The notes under the pieces are model-generated. The model ran no database searches. It was not told where the DNA came from and saw only the letters and a program-made list of their open reading frames with translations. This document shows, in pieces, positions 9,214 to 16,995 of a stretch of 34,037 nucleotides of DNA (positions within the stretch are counted from its first letter, which is position 1; every line of letters starts with the position of its first letter). The position numbers were made by a program, and so were the translations under genes. This DNA is from Thermoplasmata archaeon (GTDB lineage: Archaea > Thermoplasmatota > Thermoplasmata > GCA-020350865), in assembly GCA_020348445.1 (NCBI GenBank), contig CP070751.1, positions 2,924,852 through 2,958,888 of the forward strand, read 5' to 3'.

Positions 9214-11661
9214 TTAAAAGAGGTCATCAAGCTCATCACCTCCACTAGGCATCTCACCATGTTGCTGTGTATATTGCTGAAGCAGTTCACTCTCACGTTT
9301 CGAATACATGGGGTCCTCTTCAAATTTAAAAAACTTGATTTTATCACTAGATTCAAGTTTCTCCTTGAGAATCTGCCTTAGATTAGCAGTGCCTTTGATC
9401 TCTATAACATTCTTATCTTCATCATAAAGAGTGTACACCCCTGCTCCCTCTGGAACAGCATTAATTTTCTCTGCTTTAAATGGAAGCATATCGACTGGAG
9501 GCTGAGGAACCTTAGAAAGATAGAGACATAGATCACATTGAAGACATCTAACTGCCTCGCCGATGCCCTCGCCGTTATTAAGTGGTAGTTCTACTTCTGT
9601 AAAACCTAATAGGCGTTCATTTACGACTATCTTTTGAATGTCGATTCTTTTTTTAAGGAAATCTTCCTGACTAGATATTCGAGGTGATGGTTTCTGTATT
9701 GGTGACACAGTATCCTCTTCTAGACCACCAAGATACAAATGTATCTGAACAGCAGCTCTACTCCCCATACCAACCGCCTCCACAACAGAAGCAGGACCTT
9801 GGACAACATCACCACCTGCAAACACCCCAGGAATATTTGTTTCCAAAGTAGTTTCATCTGTCTTTATAGTTCCCCAGGGGGTTAACTCTAAATCCTCGAA
9901 GCCTGTGAAATCTGATTGTTGACCAACAGCTATTATAATAGTATCACCTTGGATGCTTGGTCCCTTTTTGTCTGAAAACTTTGGAACAAACCCACCATCC
10001 TTATCATAAACAGAGGTACACACAATGGTTTCTATACCGGTAAGTCTCCCTTTTTCACCTAAAATCCTTTTTGCCCCTAGTGAACCATGGATTGATACTC
10101 CATCTTCTTCTGCTTCTTCAATTTCCCAATCATGGGCAGGCATCCTATCCTTAGAAGAAAGATTCCTTGTTTCTAAACAAACAAGATGAACTTCTTTGGC
10201 CCCTAGTCTTAAAGAAGATTTAGCACAGTCTATGGCAACATTTCCGCCGCCAATGATTATTATCCTCTTTCCGAAATCCTTAGGCTTTTTCCCGGCCTTT
10301 ACCTCTCTCAAAAATGGTAAACCATAGAGGACGCCATTCATCTCTGAACCTTCAATATTTAGCTTGGCTGGATCCTGTGACCCGATAGCTATGTAAACTG
10401 CTTTATATTCATTCCTAAGTTTTTCCAGTGTTGTATCCCTACCAATTCTCGTGTTTTTCCTTCCTTCAATACCATGAGCCAATATCCAATCAATGTCATA
10501 CATTGCTACTTTCTCAGAAATACGATAATCTGGCATACAACTTGTCATCATACCCCCTAGTTTATCAGATGCTTCAAAGATAGTGACGGGGTAACCCATT
10601 TTTAAAAGTTCAAGTGCACAAGTAAGACCAGATGGACCAGCACCAACAATCGCAACCCTTTCTTTCCTTGTTGGCTTAATAACCTCAGGTGATTTCTCTT
10701 CATTCATCATTACATAATCAGAAGCAAGCCGTTTCAATGGTCGAATAGCAACAGGATTGTCAATCTCGCTTCTCAGGCATTCCTCCTCACAAGGATGATG
10801 ACAGACACGGCCACAAATCGTCGGGAAAGGATTTCTTTCTCTGATCGAGTCTATGGCCTCTTTGAACTTCCCCTCTGCAATCTGCCGTAGATATCTTGGA
10901 ATATCAACATGTGCAGGGCAATTCTCCTGACAAGGAGTTAAATCCTTTATCTTCTCAATGCGATCCAAAAAGGAACCAGTTGGACAGACCTCTATACATA
11001 ACCTGCAAAACTGACACCCACGATCTATCAACTTTTCGGGAAACATAGAATGATCAATTAACTCGGGAGGATCTGGTAAATCACCAAGTGCCTTAATACC
11101 ACGAATACTTGTACATGCCCCTACACACCTGCCGCAGCCAATACAAAGATTGTAATCTCGAACAATAAATGGATTATCTTCAAATACTGGTAAACCACGT
11201 GGTTTATAGCGTGGTGTATCCTCCGGTATCCCAATATATGCTGCTACCCTTTGAACTTCACAATCGCCAAACTTCTCACAGCATCTCTCTGCCATAGGAA
11301 CATTCAACGAACATGGCTCCCGTGCACATCCTTCTCGCTCAGCACAGACAAGACATGCATGTGGATGATTAGTAATAATTTGGGCAAGCTTCTCCTGCCG
11401 CATATGTTTAAGATCTGAAGAAGAGGTATTAACAACCATGCCCTGTTTAGCAGGAGTAATACATGCCAGCGAAGGCTCATCATCGCCCTCGATTTCAACA
11501 GCACATAAGCCACAAGCACCAAAATTAGGCATATCAGGATGATAACACAATGTTGGAATATAGATACCAGCATTCAACGCAGCATCAAGCACAGTCTGAT
11601 CCACTTGACACTCTACCTCTTTACTATCAATACAAATCTTGATTGATTGTTGAGCGTTCAT
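9214..11661 (-). CDS. bzdV: BzdV-like Fe-S/flavin NADPH:ferredoxin oxidoreductase (2Fe-2S + 4Fe-4S + GltD-like) with an extra C-terminal domain
   Basis: N-terminal 2Fe-2S (IPTLCYHP...CGLC...C), HxxxCxxC site, two CxxCxxCxxxC motifs, and GltD-type PCQENCP...CGRVC..PCE..C. FAD motif VGAGPSG and NADPH motif GGGNVA are present. It lies directly after bzdM, as in bzd clusters. Confidence 0.75.
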   Translation of the reverse strand: MNAQQSIKICIDSKEVECQVDQTVLDAALNAGIYIPTLCYHPDMPNFGACGLCAVEIEGDDEPSLACITPAKQGMVVNTSSSDLKHMRQEKLAQIITNHPHACLVCAEREGCAREPCSLNVPMAERCCEKFGDCEVQRVAAYIGIPEDTPRYKPRGLPVFEDNPFIVRDYNLCIGCGRCVGACTSIRGIKALGDLPDPPELIDHSMFPEKLIDRGCQFCRLCIEVCPTGSFLDRIEKIKDLTPCQENCPAHVDIPRYLRQIAEGKFKEAIDSIRERNPFPTICGRVCHHPCEEECLRSEIDNPVAIRPLKRLASDYVMMNEEKSPEVIKPTRKERVAIVGAGPSGLTCALELLKMGYPVTIFEASDKLGGMMTSCMPDYRISEKVAMYDIDWILAHGIEGRKNTRIGRDTTLEKLRNEYKAVYIAIGSQDPAKLNIEGSEMNGVLYGLPFLREVKAGKKPKDFGKRIIIIGGGNVAIDCAKSSLRLGAKEVHLVCLETRNLSSKDRMPAHDWEIEEAEEDGVSIHGSLGAKRILGEKGRLTGIETIVCTSVYDKDGGFVPKFSDKKGPSIQGDTIIIAVGQQSDFTGFEDLELTPWGTIKTDETTLETNIPGVFAGGDVVQGPASVVEAVGMGSRAAVQIHLYLGGLEEDTVSPIQKPSPRISSQEDFLKKRIDIQKIVVNERLLGFTEVELPLNNGEGIGEAVRCLQCDLCLYLSKVPQPPVDMLPFKAEKINAVPEGAGVYTLYDEDKNVIEIKGTANLRQILKEKLESSDKIKFFKFEEDPMYSKRESELLQQYTQQHGEMPSGGDELDDLF

Positions 11662-11676
11662 CTTCTCAAAAAACTC

Positions 11677-11964
11677 CTACCAAGAATGAGTAATTGCATC
11701 CATTTCACAGGCTTTAATACAGGGAGGAATGATCTTCTTACTAGTTGGTTTACAAGGTGCACATGTGTATTTAATCTTTTTTCTTTCCGCCTCTGCAACA
11801 AAGGCAACTTCTTGATCAGACAGAGGATCGTTGACATCTTCACCAACAGCCATCACACCATAGGGACAAGCATCAACACATTTGCCACAGCCATTACATT
11901 TATCTGTATCAATTGTTATAAAATATTCACCAGAGCCATCCTTATAACCATAATTTGCTATCAT
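11677..11964 (-). CDS. bzdM: Benzoyl-CoA reductase-associated ferredoxin
   Basis: N-terminus MIANYGYKDGSGEYFITIDTDKC recognised as BzdM-type. It carries CNGCGKCVDACP and a second spaced Cys set, and follows bzdQ. Confidence 0.85.
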   Translation of the reverse strand: MIANYGYKDGSGEYFITIDTDKCNGCGKCVDACPYGVMAVGEDVNDPLSDQEVAFVAEAERKKIKYTCAPCKPTSKKIIPPCIKACEMDAITHSW

Positions 11965-11976
11965 GAATCATCACAT

Positions 11977-12852
11977 CTATTTCTTTTTACCTTTTTCATG
12001 TAATGCCTTTGCAAACAAAGCTGCGCCTAGAGCACCAGCTATCTGCGGATCATAATTCGATGTATCCAAAATCTTGATACCAACTTCTTTCTCTAATCTT
12101 GTGACAACACCTTTATTCTTAGCTATACCGCCTGTAATAGCAAAATCCTCCTCGACGCCTATTCGCTCAAGAAGAGTCATAATCCTATGGGCCATTGCAG
12201 AACAATATGCAGCAAGCACCTTGTTCTTAGGCCAACCCTCCCTGAGTAAACCAGTAGCCTCAGTTTTAGCATAGACCACACAGGTACTGCTCACTGGTGT
12301 AGGTTCCTTATCTATATCCAAAGAAAGATTCCCTACGTCATTGATTGACACGCCAAGGAGATCAGCAAATACCTCCATTCCACGGCCTGTGCCAGCTGCA
12401 CATTTATCATTCATAAGGAAATTCGTAACCTTTCCTCGTTCATCACAATGTATTGCCTTGCAATCCTGGCCACCCATATCTAAAATGGTCCGTACCGAAG
12501 ACCCATACATGAAGTTGCCACCACGAGCATGACATGCAATCTCCGTGATAGCACGTTGACTAAACGGAACATTGACTCGTCCATAACCTGTACCAACAGT
12601 GTAAATAATATCGTCTAGCTTAAGACCTGTATCCTCCATAGCCCAGTTTATAGCTTTCATAGCAGAATCAGGGCTATCTGAACCAGTTCTCATATTAGAA
12701 TAAGCAAATAGCTCGCCATCCGCAAGAATAACAGCCTGAGAACTCACTGAACCAACATCCACACCAGAAGTAATTAACTTACCTTTCCAATCTATATCTG
12801 GGCTAGTCCACTGGGATTCTGTCCATCTCCAAAACTCTGTTTTTTCTACCAT
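11977..12852 (-). CDS. bzdQ: Benzoyl-CoA reductase (bzd type) ATPase subunit Q
   Basis: ASKHA motifs GVDVGSVSS, TGYGR, DMGGQDCK, MNDKCAAGTG and TGGIAKN, with the BzdQ-type N-terminus EFWRW.ES.W. Confidence 0.92.
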   Translation of the reverse strand: MVEKTEFWRWTESQWTSPDIDWKGKLITSGVDVGSVSSQAVILADGELFAYSNMRTGSDSPDSAMKAINWAMEDTGLKLDDIIYTVGTGYGRVNVPFSQRAITEIACHARGGNFMYGSSVRTILDMGGQDCKAIHCDERGKVTNFLMNDKCAAGTGRGMEVFADLLGVSINDVGNLSLDIDKEPTPVSSTCVVYAKTEATGLLREGWPKNKVLAAYCSAMAHRIMTLLERIGVEEDFAITGGIAKNKGVVTRLEKEVGIKILDTSNYDPQIAGALGAALFAKALHEKGKKK

Positions 12853-12855
12853 TTC

Positions 12856-13641
12856 TCATGCACCTCTCTTCCAACCAGCGGCTGCTAATGCTGCACCTAA
12901 AGCCCCCACATACTCCGGGTCCTTAGGCACTACTACCTCTAATCCAAGATCTTTATTAAGAGATTCGACAAAACCAATGTTCTTTGCAACTCCACCTACA
13001 AGTACTACATCTTTATTAAAACCAATTTTTCTAATCATAGATGTTATCCTACTTGCCATCGCATCATGAACTGCCTTAGCCATATTTGCCTTTGAAACTT
13101 TATTATGTACCATGGTCACAACCTCCGACTCCGCAAATACCGTGCACTGTGCATTCATTGGGATATCCTCAGTTGCCTTCAATGAAAGAGTGCCCAACTC
13201 TTTAAGAGGTACTTCAAGAGCACGAGACATAGCTTCAGTAAATGCACCTGCACCAGCAGCACATTTTTCATTAACCTCGAAATCTAATATCTTCCCGGTT
13301 TCATCGCATCTCATCCCCCTGCCTTCTTCAGCACCGACATCAATAACACTTCTAGCAGCAGGATGAAGATAAACTGCCCCTAGTGAATCACAGCCTACTA
13401 CAGATTTAGTTTCATCATAGAATGGAGCAAGCTTCTCACCAGTACCTGTAGAGACAACCTTGTCGAGGTCATCCTTGTTAAGACCAGCCTCTTTAAGGGC
13501 CATATCTATTGCTTTCTGAGCACTTTTTGTCACTTCAAACCCTGCTAGCTCATTAGATTTTGCAACAATCTTGTTATCCTTCAAAATCACGACTTTGATA
13601 TTCTTTGCACCTAGGTCAATTCCCATAGTGATCATAATCAT
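12856..13641 (-). CDS. bzdP: Benzoyl-CoA reductase (bzd type) ATPase subunit P
   Basis: GIDLGAKN, DVGAEEGR, NEKCAAGAG, CTVFAESEV and VGGVAKN. It lies between bzdO and bzdQ. The true start may be ATG 13635. Confidence 0.88.
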   Translation of the reverse strand: MIMITMGIDLGAKNIKVVILKDNKIVAKSNELAGFEVTKSAQKAIDMALKEAGLNKDDLDKVVSTGTGEKLAPFYDETKSVVGCDSLGAVYLHPAARSVIDVGAEEGRGMRCDETGKILDFEVNEKCAAGAGAFTEAMSRALEVPLKELGTLSLKATEDIPMNAQCTVFAESEVVTMVHNKVSKANMAKAVHDAMASRITSMIRKIGFNKDVVLVGGVAKNIGFVESLNKDLGLEVVVPKDPEYVGALGAALAAAGWKRGA

Positions 13642-13655
13642 ATCCTCCTATATTT

Positions 13656-14999
13656 TTATTTGACACCCAATGTCTCCATAAATGCATTGATTTTAGCCTT
13701 TGTTCTTGCCTCATCAAACTCTCTTTCATCAGCGTTGTTTCCCTCGAATGCCATAACTGGAAAACCGGCGTCAAGAAGAGCCAACCTATTTTCAGCAATA
13801 CCTACAGTAAGCCCTTCGCAGCCCCTGTTGTAATGAAGCATAACACCATCGAGTTTCCACTCACGGGCAATTCGTATCATCATATCACTCTTGAGATGAC
13901 ATGAGTAGAAATGTTGCCATTCGGGTTTATGCAATTCATATTTTACATATTCATAAAGTGCTTGATCTCTACTTGAGAAATCCGTATCAGGTATGGTTTT
14001 TGGACCCCAAGTACCATCCTTTTTTACCTCCCATTGACCAATAAGACCAAAAGTGTAGAGCGAACCTATACTGATACATCCAAACTTCTCAAGATACCTA
14101 AAAATACTTAAAAAACTCCACGGTGGTTGCGTGTCTGACATCACTCTGACACGTTCATTGGGTACAGCAGCGATACCTCTCTTTACCCTGTCCTTTACCT
14201 CGGGGAGAAGATCTTTTTCATAAAAATCTGCGACCTGTCTACCTGCTTTTTGTAGAGTACCAAGGACATACAATGAATAAATGGATTTTTCATCCAATGG
14301 GGCCGGTATAGCCTTATTCAGTTCACAAATCTCTGCCCATTTTGATGTTGACACAAAATGATTCCGAATAGCCTTAAACAACAGTTCATCATCATAATCC
14401 CTACCAGTAATCTTCTCCAAAAATTTGATACCATCCTTTAGTTGTTCCACAACATACTTGATCTTGCTATCGGTGAGTTCATTGGCGGGGCCTACAGCAT
14501 TATCCACCGTAAACATGGGAATGCCGCCTTCAAGGTCTGATACCACCTGATACCACTTGGCATGAGAGCAGCAGATATGATCCTGCCAGATAAAATCAGG
14601 TTTCGGGAAGCCTAGCGGCTTTGCCCCTTGAAACCTTGGGACAAACTCTCCTGCGTCGTTATATCCAAAAGCATATTTATCAATAATAACAGAACCCCAA
14701 TAGTTCCGCATATAAGCACAGAGATCTCGAGGATAACCTTTTACCTCAGTAGCCTCCATGCATTCTAACGAAAGCTCTTTGTCAAACGCAATAGTGGCAG
14801 AATAGGGTTCACTAGTAATTGGGTAAACATCATTGCCCAAGCCTGCAGGAATGGCATCAAACGTCCATGCACCACCAGCCCATCGTATTCCACCTTTGTC
14901 ATGCGCCTTAGCATAATCCTGATAATACTTTGTCCGGATATTTTTCGCCTTGTTCCAACATTTCAATTTCTCAGTTGGATATTTAGCCTCAAGTTCCAT
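13656..14999 (-). CDS. bzdO: Benzoyl-CoA reductase (bzd type) subunit O
   Basis: [45 protein letters not shown] and [17 protein letters not shown] lies upstream. Confidence 0.92.
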   Translation of the reverse strand: MELEAKYPTEKLKCWNKAKNIRTKYYQDYAKAHDKGGIRWAGGAWTFDAIPAGLGNDVYPITSEPYSATIAFDKELSLECMEATEVKGYPRDLCAYMRNYWGSVIIDKYAFGYNDAGEFVPRFQGAKPLGFPKPDFIWQDHICCSHAKWYQVVSDLEGGIPMFTVDNAVGPANELTDSKIKYVVEQLKDGIKFLEKITGRDYDDELLFKAIRNHFVSTSKWAEICELNKAIPAPLDEKSIYSLYVLGTLQKAGRQVADFYEKDLLPEVKDRVKRGIAAVPNERVRVMSDTQPPWSFLSIFRYLEKFGCISIGSLYTFGLIGQWEVKKDGTWGPKTIPDTDFSSRDQALYEYVKYELHKPEWQHFYSCHLKSDMMIRIAREWKLDGVMLHYNRGCEGLTVGIAENRLALLDAGFPVMAFEGNNADEREFDEARTKAKINAFMETLGVK

Positions 15000-15012
15000 A
15001 TTTCATTACCTC

Positions 15013-16143
15013 CTAGAACAAATCCTCCTCACCTATCATTTCAAGAAACGCTTCTACTCGAATCTTAAACTGACCCACAGGCACTGTCACATCAAACTCC
15101 AGGAATAAAGTTGGTATCCCAGCATCCCCAAGTGCTTTTTTTATGGCCACGAAATCCAGCTCATGCGGGTCACAGAACTTCTGTTGCATAATGATAACGC
15201 CATCAACATTCCATTCCTTACATAAATTCAAAATGTGAGGGATTCTTTTACGCTCCTCCCAGTCCTTTGACGGACAAGGGACTCGATCTATATACCGTGC
15301 TGCTATTGACGCTAACCGATCCTCTCCAGGCATCACCTCATTCCAAAAATATCTCGAACCTGTACAATGATCGTCCGTCACAAACGTGGCGCCAAGGTTC
15401 TCCACCATGTTCATAAAGACGGTATCATCATCCTCTGATCCAAGGATCATCAATCTACTACCAGCTTCTCTATCAGGTGTATAGTTATCTAGTTTCTTTA
15501 GAAGATCTTTTAACATCTTGTTATGTTCAGCTTTATCAGTCATTTGCATAGCCATGACAATTTCCATGACCTCCTCACCAGTAATAGGCGGGTTGTCACG
15601 TTTCCTCAGATCATAAAGCTTCCTCATCAGACGTCTGTTCTCGTTGTAAACCTTTATAGCATTGTCCAAATCCTTATCAGTGATCTTTTTACCAGTCCAG
15701 TCTTCCACTTCTTTCTTAAAAATACGGTATTCCTCGGTTAGAAACTCATGTGCATGCGGACTCTGAACCTTATTAGGCATGCATAGGAATTTCTCAAAAT
15801 CTACAGGTCTATGCTTAATCCAACTAGTATACGCCTGCCGAATATGAAGACACGACTGAGCGATCATAAGACCGTCAAGGTATTTATATCTGTTCTTGAG
15901 TCCTTGAGCAAGACAATCCCGACAGAAAGGACAAAACATGGCAAAGATATGCGGCTCTGTGACATCCTGCGGTTCGTGACTACCAAGAATACGCACAGGC
16001 AATATCCCTGCAGCATACAATATCTCTTCGGGTACATAGGTACAAAAATACCCCATCACCTTTCCATTAGTCTTCTTCTTCCACTGTTTAGCATAATCAT
16101 GCCGGTTTTTTTCCAATTGCCTGAATTGTTCAATCGTTTCTAT
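15013..16143 (-). CDS. bzdN: Benzoyl-CoA reductase (bzd type) subunit N; probable ATA start
   Basis: GYFCTYVPEE, MFCPFCRDCLAQGL, SCLH, DDHCTGSRY, CPSKD and QKFCDPH. The track start is TTG 16116. The frame extends to ATA 16143, which lies 5 nt after RBS GGGGGTG. Confidence 0.9.
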   Translation of the reverse strand: METIEQFRQLEKNRHDYAKQWKKKTNGKVMGYFCTYVPEEILYAAGILPVRILGSHEPQDVTEPHIFAMFCPFCRDCLAQGLKNRYKYLDGLMIAQSCLHIRQAYTSWIKHRPVDFEKFLCMPNKVQSPHAHEFLTEEYRIFKKEVEDWTGKKITDKDLDNAIKVYNENRRLMRKLYDLRKRDNPPITGEEVMEIVMAMQMTDKAEHNKMLKDLLKKLDNYTPDREAGSRLMILGSEDDDTVFMNMVENLGATFVTDDHCTGSRYFWNEVMPGEDRLASIAARYIDRVPCPSKDWEERKRIPHILNLCKEWNVDGVIIMQQKFCDPHELDFVAIKKALGDAGIPTLFLEFDVTVPVGQFKIRVEAFLEMIGEEDLF

Positions 16144-16176
16144 TTTAACACCCCCTTTTTTACATTGTCTTTTAGA

Positions 16177-16626
16177 TCAATCTGATTTATATGCCAGATT
16201 TATGAAACCGCTTTTGTCAAACCCTATTGATTTGAAAAATGATATTAAATCTCCGCTATCCCATTTAACAGTTGTATATACCTCTTTTATACCATTGTCT
16301 CCGAAATAACGAATCAAAGCTTCTCCCAGTGTCCTCCCTATGCCTTTTCCCATGAGTTTAGGATCAACCTCTATCATCTCAATCCATCCCGACCGCTCTA
16401 CACCGAATCCCCATTCCTTGATACAACCGACTATAAAACCTACGACTCTGTTTTCATTTTCTGCAATGATACATGTTTGAGGGCTCTTTTGGATGAAGGA
16501 CACAAATAGGTCTTCGATTGCATAATTCATACTTTGGCCTAGGCCATGTCTAATAATCTTTCGATGTATTTCAACAGCCTGGTCGATATCTTTTTCCTTC
16601 ATGGGTCTTATAGTGATATCTTTCAT
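16177..16626 (-). CDS. GNAT-family acyltransferase-fold protein
   Basis: VVGFIVG, and motif A EVDP...GKGIGRTL. The motif B-like region reads DLISFFKSIGF. Confidence 0.85.
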   Translation of the reverse strand: MKDITIRPMKEKDIDQAVEIHRKIIRHGLGQSMNYAIEDLFVSFIQKSPQTCIIAENENRVVGFIVGCIKEWGFGVERSGWIEMIEVDPKLMGKGIGRTLGEALIRYFGDNGIKEVYTTVKWDSGDLISFFKSIGFDKSGFINLAYKSD

Positions 16627-16641
16627 ATTACTATCCCTATC

Positions 16642-16779
16642 TCAATCTACCCTGATAATTTTGACTTTTTTTTCAATCCAATCTGGGGGAAGATAAATGC
16701 GGCCGCTATTGCCACACTTCTTTACAATCTTCTCGAGCATCTCTTGACCATAAACCTCAAATTTTGTTGGATTGTCCAT
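16642..16779 (-). CDS. Small DUF2080-like (AbrB/SpoVT-type swapped-hairpin) protein, 45 aa; absent from the ORF track
   Basis: Hand translation gives MDNPTKFEVYGQEMLEKIVKKCGNSGRIYLPPDWIEKKVKIIRVD*. An AGGGA RBS precedes the ATG and the stop is 15 nt before the GNAT start. The FEVYG.EM.EK.VK..GNSGR.YLP..W..K.VKIIR pattern matches my recollection of DUF2080. Confidence 0.8.
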   Translation of the reverse strand: MDNPTKFEVYGQEMLEKIVKKCGNSGRIYLPPDWIEKKVKIIRVD

Positions 16780-16788
16780 AATAATCCC

Positions 16789-16805
16789 TAGCTACATTGT
16801 AGCTA
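16789..16805. promoter_or_regulatory. 17-bp palindrome, candidate operator of the benzoyl-CoA reductase operon
   Basis: TAGCTACA-T-TGTAGCTA has perfect 8-bp arms and sits between the TATA box and the RBS of the first gene. Confidence 0.55.
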
Positions 16806-16823
16806 TATTAAAGTTATAATGTA

Positions 16824-16842
16824 ATTATTTATATAGTTTTTG
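16824..16842 (-). promoter_or_regulatory. Archaeal-type BRE/TATA promoter for the DUF2080-GNAT-bzd operon
   Basis: Minus strand reads CAAAAAC-TATATAAATAAT, about 45-55 nt upstream of ATG 16779. Confidence 0.55.
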
Positions 16843-16868
16843 TTTGTATCGGCCATAACCGGAAATAG

Positions 16869-16894
16869 AAAATAAGGTGATGAAGCCTTATTTT
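16869..16894. repeat. Inverted repeat in the divergent intergenic region
   Basis: AAAATAAGG-tgatgaag-CCTTATTTT, with 9-bp arms and an 8-nt spacer. Confidence 0.5.
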
Positions 16895-16995
16895 AGGTAA
16901 AATTTTTATACCACATTTATAATATAATATTTTCATCGACTAACATCACATACTTGTTATGTTTACTATTTAAATAAAATATATGGAGGAAAAAA

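Noticed and set aside
16116-16179. GNAT and bzdN are in the same frame, separated by one TGA (possible readthrough or selenocysteine fusion)
   Set aside because: There is a one-in-three chance of sharing a frame. bzdN has its own well-spaced RBS, the linker is not protein-like, and no SECIS-like hairpin was recognised.
16642-16779. DUF2080 as evidence of a transposon
   Set aside because: The family is labelled transposon-associated, but there is no transposase, terminal inverted repeat or target-site duplication nearby.
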